A stretch of 64,000 nt of DNA from the NCBI GenBank assembly GCA_012103575.1, contig WLWN01000001.1, forward strand, positions 75,792-139,791. The letters are read 5' to 3'. The notes under the pieces were generated by a model. That model ran no database searches. It was not told where the DNA came from and worked only from the letters and a program-made list of their open reading frames with translations. This stretch comes from Kiritimatiellia bacterium. Lineage in GTDB: Bacteria; Verrucomicrobiota; Kiritimatiellia; WLWN01. Below, piece after piece: positions 8,881 to 19,247 of this stretch; position 1 is the stretch's first letter; each line of letters begins with the position of its first letter. Both the position numbers and the translations under genes were made by a program.

Positions 8881-10253
8881 TTAGAGTATTGTTAAAGGTG
8901 CACGGAGGGCTATGCGAAGGAATGGGGCAATATCTTGTATCACTTCAAACCAGCAACAACGCTTGCCAAAGTGAAGTTCAATTCGTCCGGCGTGGCGGAC
9001 CAATCGAACCGCGCAATAAACGATATTTTTGAGAACCGTTTTGATTCGCCAGCACGGGATGTTGATTTTTTGCGGGGCAAGCCCAGCCCGTTTGATGACC
9101 TCTTGGCCAAGACCGCGCAATAGGTTGAAGGCCACCATGGCGCATAACAAAATAATCTTATTGGCACAGAGTCTCCCCGAAGGCAATCGCTCAACATCAA
9201 GATCGCTTTTGAGTTCACTGTGGTACTGCTCGCTGGGGCCATGTCCATGATAGAGATCTAGCACCGTCTTGGCACGACAAGAGAGGTTCGTCTACCAGGT
9301 GTTCACCTCAAGTTTAGGAACCAGAAGTTTCTGACCATCGATATCGATGGTGCGTTCAATCACTTCGAAGGCCACCGGGACACAAGGGCGGTTTTGGTCA
9401 CCACCGGGATGGAAATGATCGAAAAAGCCTGTGTAAACGTTCTTGCCTTCACGACTGTCTTGTTTGTCTCCAACTCGGCGTGCAAGGGCCAGCATTTGTT
9501 CAGGACATTCGCGGTGAGGATTTCGCTTTACGATAAAATAATGATCCCCAAAAGCGTCGAAGTTATCGGCCGCAGCGTTGCCACTATCAAGCCGAAGCAA
9601 ACATTTTCCACCTAGGCCCAGGGTTTGGAGCGTTTCAACGCTGCGGGCAATAAACGCGGTCGTTCCCGACTGACAATGTTGTTTACCGGGTCGAAGTTCG
9701 CACTCAAGCATGTGGCCTTGAGTGCCCACATAGGCAAATATCGGGGCGTAACCATCATGGCCCTTATAGGTATAGGAAACGCCTTCTTTCGAAGAGCCTG
9801 AGTGATCCAAAGGGCTCACATCGATATCGACGGGAACAAGATCAAGCCCTTCGACATCTACCTAGCCAAAGGGGCCCGAGGAAAGAAGTTCGGTGTTGAG
9901 TTTGCGTAGCCCCACATGGGTTCTGGCTGGGGGCAGGTCGTCGGAACGACATCGGAACACCGGCTCAGAAGCTACCTTTTTAACTCCCCTTTTAAAGTCC
10001 AAAGGCATTCATAAAAATCTCATCACCCCGGTACAGGTCGATATCATTGAAAATCGGTTCGACCGTTGCAAAGTAAGCCGATCTGGGTAAGGAGGATCTC
10101 CCGATCAGAGATCGCATCGGAGCGGCGTGGTTGAAAATTGGAGGGAAGAATCTGTTGAGCATGATCCTCAAGCAGCAGGCCGCAAAGATGATTTCCGCTT
10201 GTGCTGTTGAGTTCGCCCTTGCCAGTCTTTATTTTATATTGTTTCATATACAC
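8881..10253 (-). pseudogene. IS1380-family transposase, disrupted (in-frame TAG at 9292-9294 plus further breaks)
   Basis: ORFs 9292-9819 and 8881-9264 are in the same frame separated by TAG; motifs GHDGYAPIFAY...LRPGKQHCQSG...RLDSG and C-terminal HSELKSD...LPSG...AFNLLR. Confidence 0.55.
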
Positions 10254-10327
10254 ACCTGTTGGGGTGGGGTTGTTTGTTTGAATACGGGTATGCTCCCCGC
10301 TTTAGCCCAACAGGTAATGAAAAATCG

Positions 10328-10702
10328 TCAGATTTTGTCTGACGGATTCAGGAGATACCCTTTAGTGAGAGTTAGGTCTGAGATAACAAAATGACTCGCA
10401 TAGCTCTTGAAAATCCGGCTACTATTATCTCCACTAATGGTCAGATTTGTTCGACCTGGCCCAATAATGGTTAAGTCCTGGTTAATATCAATTTGACCGG
10501 TAGTAAGCGTGATGGTTGCACCGTCGAGAATATTTGCAAAAACAATGGTGTCTCCAGGTGCAGCTATTCCAACGGTGTCTCGCAATGAGCCTGGACCATT
10601 ATCCATTGAATTGAGCACAGTCAACGTTGCTCCCTCACTGGATACTACCAAAAAAATTAAGAACAGGATTAAAAAAGCTACGTAACGGAATGTATTGTTT
10701 AT
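10328..10702 (-). pseudogene. N-terminal fragment of a large beta-helix surface protein (signal peptide + GSLRD...TIVF...ITL...LTISG start)
   Basis: ORF reads straight out of the MITE at 10703; only ~100 aa of beta-helix before stop; no ATG start. Confidence 0.4.
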
Positions 10703-10865
10703 CCTGGATCCGTCAGTTAAACGCGGTTTTCTGCACGAACCATTTGGGCCAAAAGGAATTACAAAAAAGCCTCGACGCACCCAGCGGGTGCGCCTGCGTT
10801 TTTTTGCAACCTTTTGCCTCCAAAGCATTCGCACAGAAATCCCACGTTTAACTGACGGATCCAGG
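10703..10865 (+). mobile_element. MITE-1 copy 1 (163 bp, 21-bp perfect TIR CCTGGATCCGTCAGTTAAACG)
   Basis: Near-identical to copies at 15947-16109, 36061-36223 (inverted) and 51184-51338 (left TIR truncated). Confidence 0.75.
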
Positions 10866-12255
10866 GTTCAATATCACCTGGCACACCATCATTATCTGTG
10901 TCAGTAGACACGTCATAAACACGGGCAAACCACGTATAGGCTCCTGATAATGGATTTTCTCCAATATCAGATAGTGATGAACTCAAAACAGCTCGGTAAT
11001 AACCAGGCCCAAGATTTGTACTAAAACTTTGCAAGGCTACATTAAAATCATTTTCATAGGTAAATTACGCTTCCTGTCACAACCACATCATCCACAGTAC
11101 TATGAATCCCATCTGGACCCGCCTCAAAAATGGCAAAGGAACTGATATCTAATGTTGATGCATCCATAGGCTCACTGAATGTAGCTGAAAAGACAGAAAG
11201 ATCTTTGAGCAACGACCCGTTCTTAGGTGTCACCGCTTTTACCTGGGGTGAGGTCGCATCAAGTAGAAGTGTTACAACAATGTTACTACTCCACGTTGCA
11301 TTTCCTCCTGTATCACTGGCACGTGTTTGAATTGAAAATGTGGACTGCTCGGTTAATCGAGGGGTTATGAAATGATATTCAAACGGGAAGTTTCCATCGG
11401 TAGGGGCTTTGATTCCATCAATATAAAACTCAACATTACGAATTTGGACATCATCATTCACCTCAACGTTAATGCGGACCCATTTCCCTTCTTCAGCTTG
11501 GGGAGGATTTAAGGAAAAGTTGGCTGACAACGTAGCAGACGGAGGATTTCCTGCCGTATCCGCAGATAAGTAATTGATGACCTGCAGACCGGCGCTGTGA
11601 TCGGCTACATAGGCTTGGCCATTATATATGGAGACCGCACGGGCAATCCCTGGTGTTTGGTGTTCGGTGATAGTTGAAGGCATTTACATTACTCGGGTTA
11701 CTGACATTGTATAAAGAAATGTTGTGAGCGCCATCCAATGTACTATTAGGACTCACTGCAGCAATACCCAACCCTGAACCATTCACGACCATGTGTTTCC
11801 AACCAAACTGCGAGGCTGATAAGTTATCAACAGGGGATCAGCAGGATCACTGACATCAAGCGTATTATACCCTCTACGATATATTGTGTAGGCAATGTCA
11901 TTTCCGACAAACAAACGCATTCGCCCACTGCCTGAACTCGGTGTACCCGGTGAAGAAACCGAGCCAAGGATTTGCATAGACCCCTTTTAGTATTCTAGAA
12001 TATGAAAAGCCCTTAAAGCAAGGACATATAAGTAATTTCCTGAAAAAACCACGTCATGGACCTCGTAAAGGAAAGAGTATGTTTCAAGAACCTCACCACT
12101 CCCTAAATCAACTTCACATACTTTGCTATTAAAACCATTGGCAATCCCCACAAAGGCGATCCCTCCTGCGGCAGCAACAGCCCGTGTAAAACCTATAAAG
12201 TTGACTTGATGGGTAATAGAGGCCAACGCTGGATCAGTAATGTCAATGATAGCTA
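10866..12255 (-). pseudogene. LVIVD-repeat/beta-propeller-like surface protein, fragmented (4 ORF pieces), 5' cut by IS630, 3' interrupted by MITE-1
   Basis: ORF fragments 10759-11034, 11054-11683, 11783-11977, 11987-12226 in different frames; repeated YVADHSAGLQVIN / NYLYVLA type motifs. Confidence 0.4.
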
Positions 12256-12863
12256 GAGCGCTTCACGATTGAGGTGTCGTGATGTAGCACGAAGAAAACC
12301 AGCCGATTACCTCGTCGGGAGAAAAACCCGGCGAATACATTCTCCAAAAACAGCCGTCTCTGTCGCCCCCTCCCCCTCCATGGCCGCTGTTGTTCCGTCC
12401 AGGCGGACCGAAGAAATCAAGGTGGTGGTACACCAATGTCCATAAGGCGTTTTGGCAAAAAGCCTGTTCCCGCCCAACGCCCGGCCCCGCAGACGAGTCA
12501 TATTCGTTTTCGCCCCGGATTCATCAATAAAGACAAGGCGACTTGGATCAAGTTTGGCCACCTCTTGGATCCACTGCTTTCTCAAGAGATTTACATCCGC
12601 CCGGTAACGCCTTGAGCTGCTTTCCGCTGTAGAGGGCCTGACGATGCCCACGCGGTCGGGGAGCGGTCTGTCCGGTTTCGTTGAAACGAGAGAGCCCACG
12701 CTGAAACGTTCTAAGATCTACACGATAAGAAGATGCGATATCGGCCTGGGAACCTTTGCCCATTTTGTAGGCATCTATCGCACGCCGCCGGATTTCTGCT
12801 GTTGCTATACTCGTGTCATGGAGTATAGATCTTCTAGAGAGGCATTTCAATCGTTAGATGCTC
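12256..12863 (-). mobile_element. IS630-family element, internally deleted copy (TA-flanked)
   Basis: Same termini as other copies; TA at 12254-12255 and 12864-12865; DDE region deleted at junction GGGAGAAAAACCCGG. Confidence 0.75.
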
Positions 12864-12867
12864 TAAT

Positions 12868-14566
12868 GTGTCTGCTCAAGGTGTCGACTTTACCACATTG
12901 TTCGATCCTGTTACGTGGAGCTTAACGACGGGTTATTACGCAATACGAGCCAGAAGTGAAGATTCATTTGGGCAATCCGATAATTTCCAGCCAGACATCA
13001 GCGGTGTAGGCGCTGATACCTCTGGTAAGACCACAGCAGAATGGCATAGAGATTTGGGTGTAATTAGAGTAATAGAAATTATTCTCCCTCCGGTAGACTT
13101 GGACATTGATTCTGACAATAACAATAGATTAGGCATTCCGGATAGAAGTACTACAGAGGATGAGGGTGAAGACGTTTTGGGGAATTCCGCTCAACCTGGA
13201 AAATTTATAGAGGTAAGCACAGAAGACGCAGACAATGACAATATACCTGACTTTGCAGATGGATTTAACCTCGATGGAATGGGTGGAAATGATGACGATA
13301 CCTCTGTTGGTGTAGGGTTTATACCTTTAGTCTTTGAATTGGCAGGCGTCACAAATCTAGAAGTTGCCGAAAATAAGGCTTACATATAACGCATCCGATC
13401 CATTGGGGGTTGCTGTGTCGGGGACATCCACGAATCGAACCTATACACCTGGGGCAGGTGGCTTGCGGATATGGACCGAAGATGGTGGGGTCGTTCGGAA
13501 TGGAAATCAGGTACATGTCGGTGGAAATTTTATTTCTTCGAGTGTTTATGATGCGACCAATTTGGGTTTCTCAATGAACAACCTTATTGTTACATCCTAT
13601 GTCGAAGGGATATGGGGAAGCGCATCTGTAGCGGATCAACACATTCTAGTTGAGGTAGATCCTGATGGGTCAGCTGGAGCAGGGTTCGTGCATAGTGATG
13701 CGGTTCGGGTTACTCTGCTTGAGTTAACCTTTTCTAGCGATGAGACAGGGAATCTATATCTACCTGCATTTAACGGCTCGACTAATGTGGCAAGGTTAGA
13801 TGAATTCAGGTTTTTAGTGGGGGAAAACCGCGCGATACTGGGTAAAGTGTCCGGGAGTTTGGATAGGAGTTTTACCTTTGAAGTTGTGGGAGATAGTATT
13901 CCGGCTATTCCGCCCGTGCCCGCTTTGGGTAATTTAGCAAATAGTGGGTTTTCTTTTACACCTAATGCCACGTTAGGGAATCGACCTCTCGGAACAACAG
14001 CAATTCCCGCTGTACGCTATACCGTTAGTATTAAAAACTCACTAGGAACGGTTGTGGTTGACAAGACTATATCCCAAGATCTGATTGACCGAGTACGGCA
14101 AGAATATATAGATCGTTTTATTCATCACGGTACTGGTTTTACAGCAGGGAGTATAGGGTTGGTTTCTCATGCCCCTTCTCGCGATGAGGTTAAGCGTGCG
14201 CCATCTATACAAGTGGGTGGACCTGGACCTATTGGAAACTGTAGGGATTGGCCGAATCCGAATTATACAGAATCGGGAATAGGCATTGTGTGGGATCAAG
14301 GGTCTGTTGATCTTATTAACAATATTCGGTTAAACATGGGTCCTGATACGGTCTGCCTTCATAGCGGGCATAGGAGTCCGTCTCATAATCAGCGAGTAAA
14401 CGGTGCGACTAATAGTGACCACCAATGGGGACGGGCCGCAGACATGTCTTATGAAAATACGGTGGTAGTGGGTACCGTTGCAGCAGCTTTATTTCACTTG
14501 CGTCTCTATCGGGTTGCTCTTGGAGAGACAACGGGTCAGATTCTGCTTGAGCTGAATTCAGCCTAA
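12868..14566 (+). CDS. secreted acidic protein with C-terminal peptidase M15 (VanY/zinc D-Ala-D-Ala carboxypeptidase-like) domain; 5' end abuts IS630, internal frameshift near 13364-13389
   Basis: Two overlapping ORFs (12868-13389, 13364-14566); motif HSGHRSPSHNQRVNGATNSDHQWGRAADM resembles the M15 SGYRSPxxN...SxHxxGxAADi signature; D-rich possible Ca-binding stretch. Confidence 0.45.
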
Positions 14567-14994
14567 CGACTACCCAACCGATGGGATCCACCTCCAACCA
14601 ATCATACGTTTGTTGCGATATCAGGAAACGCCAATTGGCAAGTGGAAGTCGAAGACAGTAATCAAGATGGTCTGCCGGATCAAGTAAACGCGGTAATGGG
14701 CACGATTCCAAATGCTACAGATTTAGTTTGGAATGGGGGAGGGACAAGTAATCCTCCGCTTAGGGTTTTAGATGGAAATAATAATAACCAAATCGATGTT
14801 GGGGAAACGTTAGTGATCATCTATAACGGGACACATACGCTTTTCGAACGATTTTCTGGAGCTAGCCATATCCATGCAGAAACCAATTAAGAAAAAAGGA
14901 AAGACTTTATTGACGGAGTGTTTAATTCATGCGAAGCAGAGTGATGAGTCAAGAAGGCCTTAGACTATGAAAAATAGATCATGGGAGAAAGAGA

Positions 14995-15290
14995 CAGCGC
15001 CCCTCCAGGGCGCAGGATCTGTTCTCATGACCTTTCCTGGGGTTAAAACCCCAGGCTATATACCCTCACTGCGTTGCAGTGAAACAGGATTGAAGAGGTT
15101 GGAATTATGGATGAGATTGAAACTCTAGGTGGCATGTCCACACTGCATTGCAGTGAAGAAAGGTCGGATTTTGTATGGCGACAAATATGATGATTCCAAA
15201 GATGTCCCAACGGGACAAGGTGATACAGCCTGGGGTTTTGACCCCAGGAACGAGGGAACAACCCTTCCATTGCGCCCTGAAGGGGCGCTG
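14995..15290. repeat. MITE-2 copy 1 (hairpin-rich ~296-bp element with palindromic ends GCGCCCCTCCAGGGCGC / GCGCCCTGAAGGGGCGC)
   Basis: Second copy at 15615-15896; internal perfect palindromes CCTGGGGTTAAAACCCCAGG. Confidence 0.6.
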
Positions 15291-15348
15291 TTGAGGAGAG
15301 GAAAATGAGGAAAATAATGTTTAATTTAAATTTTACAGAAGGAGAAAA

Positions 15349-15594
15349 ATGAAAATAAAAGAATCCATAGCTGAAATCCAAGCCGTCGGACGTCGGATAT
15401 CCACAGAGTATGGACCTGGTATAAAAGCCTTGCTTAATCACTGCAAGGAATCCGCAAAGTCCTATAAAGATCAATTATTGCTCCATTCTAAACGACAGAT
15501 CCACAGAGTGGCCGAAACTTTGGCTGAGTACACAGCCGAGAAAGAGGATGAAACAGGGCAGGTTAAGAAGGCATTAGAAAATGAGAAGAAATAA
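15349..15594 (+). CDS. small hypothetical protein (81 aa) between the two MITE-2 copies
   Basis: ATG preceded by GGAGAAAA Shine-Dalgarno-like sequence; charged K/E-rich; no recognisable family. Confidence 0.3.
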   Translation: MKIKESIAEIQAVGRRISTEYGPGIKALLNHCKESAKSYKDQLLLHSKRQIHRVAETLAEYTAEKEDETGQVKKALENEKK

Positions 15595-15614
15595 ATCATG
15601 GGTGAAGAAGGTAC

Positions 15615-15896
15615 GGCACCCCTTCAGGGCGCAAGATCTTTTTTCATTACGTCTCCTGGGGTTGAAACCCCAGGCTATGCGTTGCAGTGAAAGAGGATGG
15701 AAGATGTTGGAATTATAGACGAGGTTGGACAGGTTGGCATGTTCACACATCATTGCAGTGAAGAGAGATCGGATTTTATAGGGTGACGAATATGATGACT
15801 CAAAAAGATGTCCCAATGGGACAAGGTGATACAGCCTGGGGTTTCAACCCCAGGAACCAGAAAACAATCATCCCATTGCGCCCTGAAGGGGCGCTG
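15615..15896. repeat. MITE-2 copy 2
   Basis: Near-identical architecture to 14995-15290 with scattered substitutions. Confidence 0.6.
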
Positions 15897-15946
15897 TCTA
15901 ATGAAAAAGAGTAAGAGCATGAATAAAGAACGTATAAATATAATAG

Positions 15947-16109
15947 CCTGGATCCGTCAGTTAAACGCGGTTTTCTGCACGAACCATTTGGGCCAAAAGG
16001 AATTACAAAAGAGCCTCGACGCACCCAGCAGGTGCGCCTGCGTTTTTTTGCAACCTTTTGCCTCCAAAGCATTCGCACAGAAATCCCACGTTTAACTGAC
16101 GGATCCAGG
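15947..16109 (+). mobile_element. MITE-1 copy 2
   Basis: Perfect TIRs; same internal sequence as copy 1. Confidence 0.75.
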
Positions 16110-16170
16110 AATAGGAAAACGTTCCGCCCCAAATCTTTTTTCTGCTATCTTCTTCGTATTCTGTGGTTTA

Positions 16171-17148
16171 ATGATCTTTCTCTTGTATGCGACAACCTCG
16201 ACAGCTAATCCTCTGGTCACGGTTACATCAAAAGTCGTGGGGACTCAACTGGAAGTTTCTCCCGTGCAAATGGCGGTGCCAAAAGGAATCGCCGGGTCTG
16301 TAAATGTGAACATTGTAGCAGGACTTGGAGGTGAAAATGAAACATCCCTTGCCCTAGCCGATGGCGTTCATATTGAGGCAACCCTACGGGGTCCTTCTTT
16401 TGCGGCCCGACAAACCTTTGGTCGCCCAAATGAACCCCTGTTGTTCCCGCCATTACCGCTAGTCGGCGATTATCAACTCGATGCTATTAAGCTGGTCGAT
16501 TCTGCAACCGGTAAAATCCGCCTCGAAGGTTCCCCCTCAAGCATCCCTATTTTTGTATTCAAAGAAGTGCTGGTTACCCGGGTAACTTCACGGCCGTTAA
16601 CCCTCGACGAGATTCAGGAAAAAGGGATTTTGATCGATGAATCCAATTTTCGGGCGGTGGAATTTGAAGTGGGGTTTGTGATCGACGGAAAAACGGTTCC
16701 GGTCAAGTTACCGGTGATTGCCCCCACGTTTAAAGAAGCCACAGAAATTATTCCTCAAGCAGAAATCGATGAAAAGATGGCGGCAGCCAATGTGATGAAT
16801 CAGCAACTTTCTCAGACAGCGGAGTTACCGCCGGAACTGGAAGCCGCAGGTCTAAACATTGAAATTCAAGGCATCAATTTTCAGTTTGTGGATACAACTT
16901 TAGAATTAGGTCTTGCTCTACAACCTCCTCCGATTCCTGCATTGATGGTGATTCCGGGGAATATTGGTTTTATCAATCAGTTTTTTAGTGTTCAGATTTT
17001 TATGGAAAATGGGGTGCCGGGAGGTTCGGGACTTAACGTGCATAATATGCAGGCCGAACTACTCCTGCCGGTGGGATCGGATTTGGTAGCTGGAACGTAT
17101 GAGGTTTCCGGCGATGATCCATTGCGTTTTGCGCGGACAGGAACGAAT
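16171..17148 (+). CDS. hypothetical protein fragment, 3' end runs into IS30
   Basis: ORF 16171-17187 continues into the IS30 left end at 17149; no recognisable motifs. Confidence 0.35.
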
Positions 17149-18194
17149 GGTAGAGTAACAATACAAGTGCAAAGGTCCGCAGCATAGTTCATTCTTTGGG
17201 TATCTGACCCCCCCCCAAAGGAGAACATAGAATGCCACGAACCTACGAACATTTAAACCGTTATGAACGAGAAGTGATAGCCCAGATGCTAAAAGAAAAA
17301 TATAGCTTATCTCAAATTGGCCGTCGCCTGGGCCGATCCCCCTCGACTATTTGGCGCGAATTTCGCCGTAATCGAGTCCGTGGCCGCTATTACCCAAGAC
17401 CCGCAAATGGCCTGGCTCAAAGCCGATTACAGCTAGCTCGAAAGCCTCAAAAAGTGATGGGAGCTAGCAAAGAACAAGTGGAGACTCTCCTGGCGAATAT
17501 TGGTCTCCAGAACAGATTGAAGGTCGAGGAAAGCTAGAAGGTGACCCTCCCATCAGTCGAATGATGATCTACCGCTACTTGTACAGTCCAAGAGGGGCTG
17601 GCTACCGAAAATACCTGCGTGGCCCCGGAAAGAAAAAACGAGCGACTCGGAAAAGCCATTCACGTATACACAACCAAACGATGATTGACCAACGCCCCGA
17701 AGAGGGTGAAAGTCGCAAGGTGGCAGGCCATTGGGAAGGTGACACTATTCAGGGCCAAACGAGAAAAGAGGCCTGTGTAGTCACTCTAGTAGATCGAGCG
17801 ACTCGATATCTCATCGCCGATCTTTTACCTCGATGCAATGCCGAATCGGTCAACCGTTCCGTACCTCAGTTCGCTGATTCAGGGCTCCCCTTTAAAACGG
17901 TGACTGTAGATAATGGCATGGAGTTTGCCAGCCATGCTAAACTACAGAAAAAAATAGCAACCCCCATTTTCTTTGCTGAAGGGAGAAACCCTTGGCAAAG
18001 AGGGAGCAACGAAAATACGAATGGTTTGCTTCGCCAGTTTTTCCCGAAGAAAACCGACTTTGCTGCCCACAGCTCCGCTCAGTTGAGCTGGGCTGTGGAG
18101 TTACTGAATAATAGGCCGAGAAAATGCTTAGAATATAGAACGCCCAAAGAAATGATGGACAGCTTCGGTTTTGCACTTGTAAGTTGAGTCTGCA
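17149..18194 (+). mobile_element. IS30-family element (type 1), transposase frameshifted
   Basis: Transposase split into ORFs 17232-17537 and 17561-18187 by a 1-nt deletion (GAATATTGG versus GAAGTATTGG in the intact copy). Confidence 0.8.
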
Positions 18195-19154
18195 AGCGTG
18201 GAAAGGAGGTGTAGTTCTTGGCCCATGAACGTTAGCCCATGTATACATTTTTTTAATACCCTCTTCAAGAGACGTACTCTCTTTTAGCCCCAATACCTCT
18301 TTTATTTTTTCATGGTCTGAATACGCATGTACAACTTCATTGCGGCTTTCACAGTAAGTAATTTTGGGGTTTGACAGGCCGAATGTCTGGCCAACAATTT
18401 TTGCCAACTCACTAACCGAATAAGGGTGATCACTCCCTATATTAAATACATCATTATAACACGATTTGAGCTCGATAGATTTTGCCATGATAGGTGCAAG
18501 GTCTCCAATATACGAAAAAGCACGTGTCTGTGCTCCGTCCCCAAAAATCGTGAGCGGTTGATCTTGCATAAATTGGTTCATGAAGATACCGATTACGTTC
18601 CGATACTTATCCCCAATATTTTGGCGCTCTCCGTAAACATTGTGTGGCCGAAAAATAATATAGTTCAGGTCGTACATAGAACGCGCCGCCTTAAGATCTA
18701 GTTCAACCGCATATTTAGAAATTCCATAAGGATCTTCCGGTTGAGGGGTAAGGCTTTCAACCATAGGCAACTGATTCTGTCCATACACGGCTATAGACGA
18801 GGTAAATACAGAACATTTTATCTCATGCTTTATAGATGCATTAAGAAGATTTACGCTGCCAATGAGATTGTTTTCATAATTGAAGCGCCGGATAAAATGA
18901 CTTAACCCCTCTGCGGCATAAGCGGCTAGATGAAAGACATAATCAAAATCATGTGTTTCAAAAAGCTGATTGATGAGGTCAGTATCCAATATACTTCCCT
19001 CGACAAACCGGGCTTCGTTTGAAACGTTATCTCGGAACCCACCTGAAAGATCATCGAGAGCAACAACATCATGATGGCATTTCAGTAATTCATCAACCAC
19101 ATGGGACCCCATGAATCCTGCACCCCCGGTTACTAATGAATATTTTTTAGTCAT
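17937..19154 (-). CDS. NAD-dependent epimerase/dehydratase (GalE/WcaG-like); 3' end fused to IS30 sequence
   Basis: MTKKYSLVTGGAGFMGSHVV Rossmann start at 19154; reading frame continues into IS30 right end (CRLNLQVQ...). Confidence 0.7.
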   Translation of the reverse strand: MTKKYSLVTGGAGFMGSHVVDELLKCHHDVVALDDLSGGFRDNVSNEARFVEGSILDTDLINQLFETHDFDYVFHLAAYAAEGLSHFIRRFNYENNLIGSVNLLNASIKHEIKCSVFTSSIAVYGQNQLPMVESLTPQPEDPYGISKYAVELDLKAARSMYDLNYIIFRPHNVYGERQNIGDKYRNVIGIFMNQFMQDQPLTIFGDGAQTRAFSYIGDLAPIMAKSIELKSCYNDVFNIGSDHPYSVSELAKIVGQTFGLSNPKITYCESRNEVVHAYSDHEKIKEVLGLKESTSLEEGIKKMYTWANVHGPRTTPPFHACRLNLQVQNRSCPSFLWAFYILSIFSAYYSVTPQPSSTERSCGQQSRFSSGKTGEANHSYFRCSLFAKGFSLQQRKWGLLFFSVV

Positions 19155-19247
19155 CATTTCTATTTCATAAGTTTGCATCCAATTGAATATGTCAATATGT
19201 GACGGATGGACCGGCATTGAGCCACAAAAAAATGTATATGGCTAGAA

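Noticed and set aside
10627-10907. ORFs inside MITE-1 copies (10627-10851, 10695-10907, 15800-16132, 15808-16095, 51083-51307, 51106-51324)
   Set aside because: Produced by the palindromic MITE sequence read in both directions; the same peptides appear on both strands of every copy.
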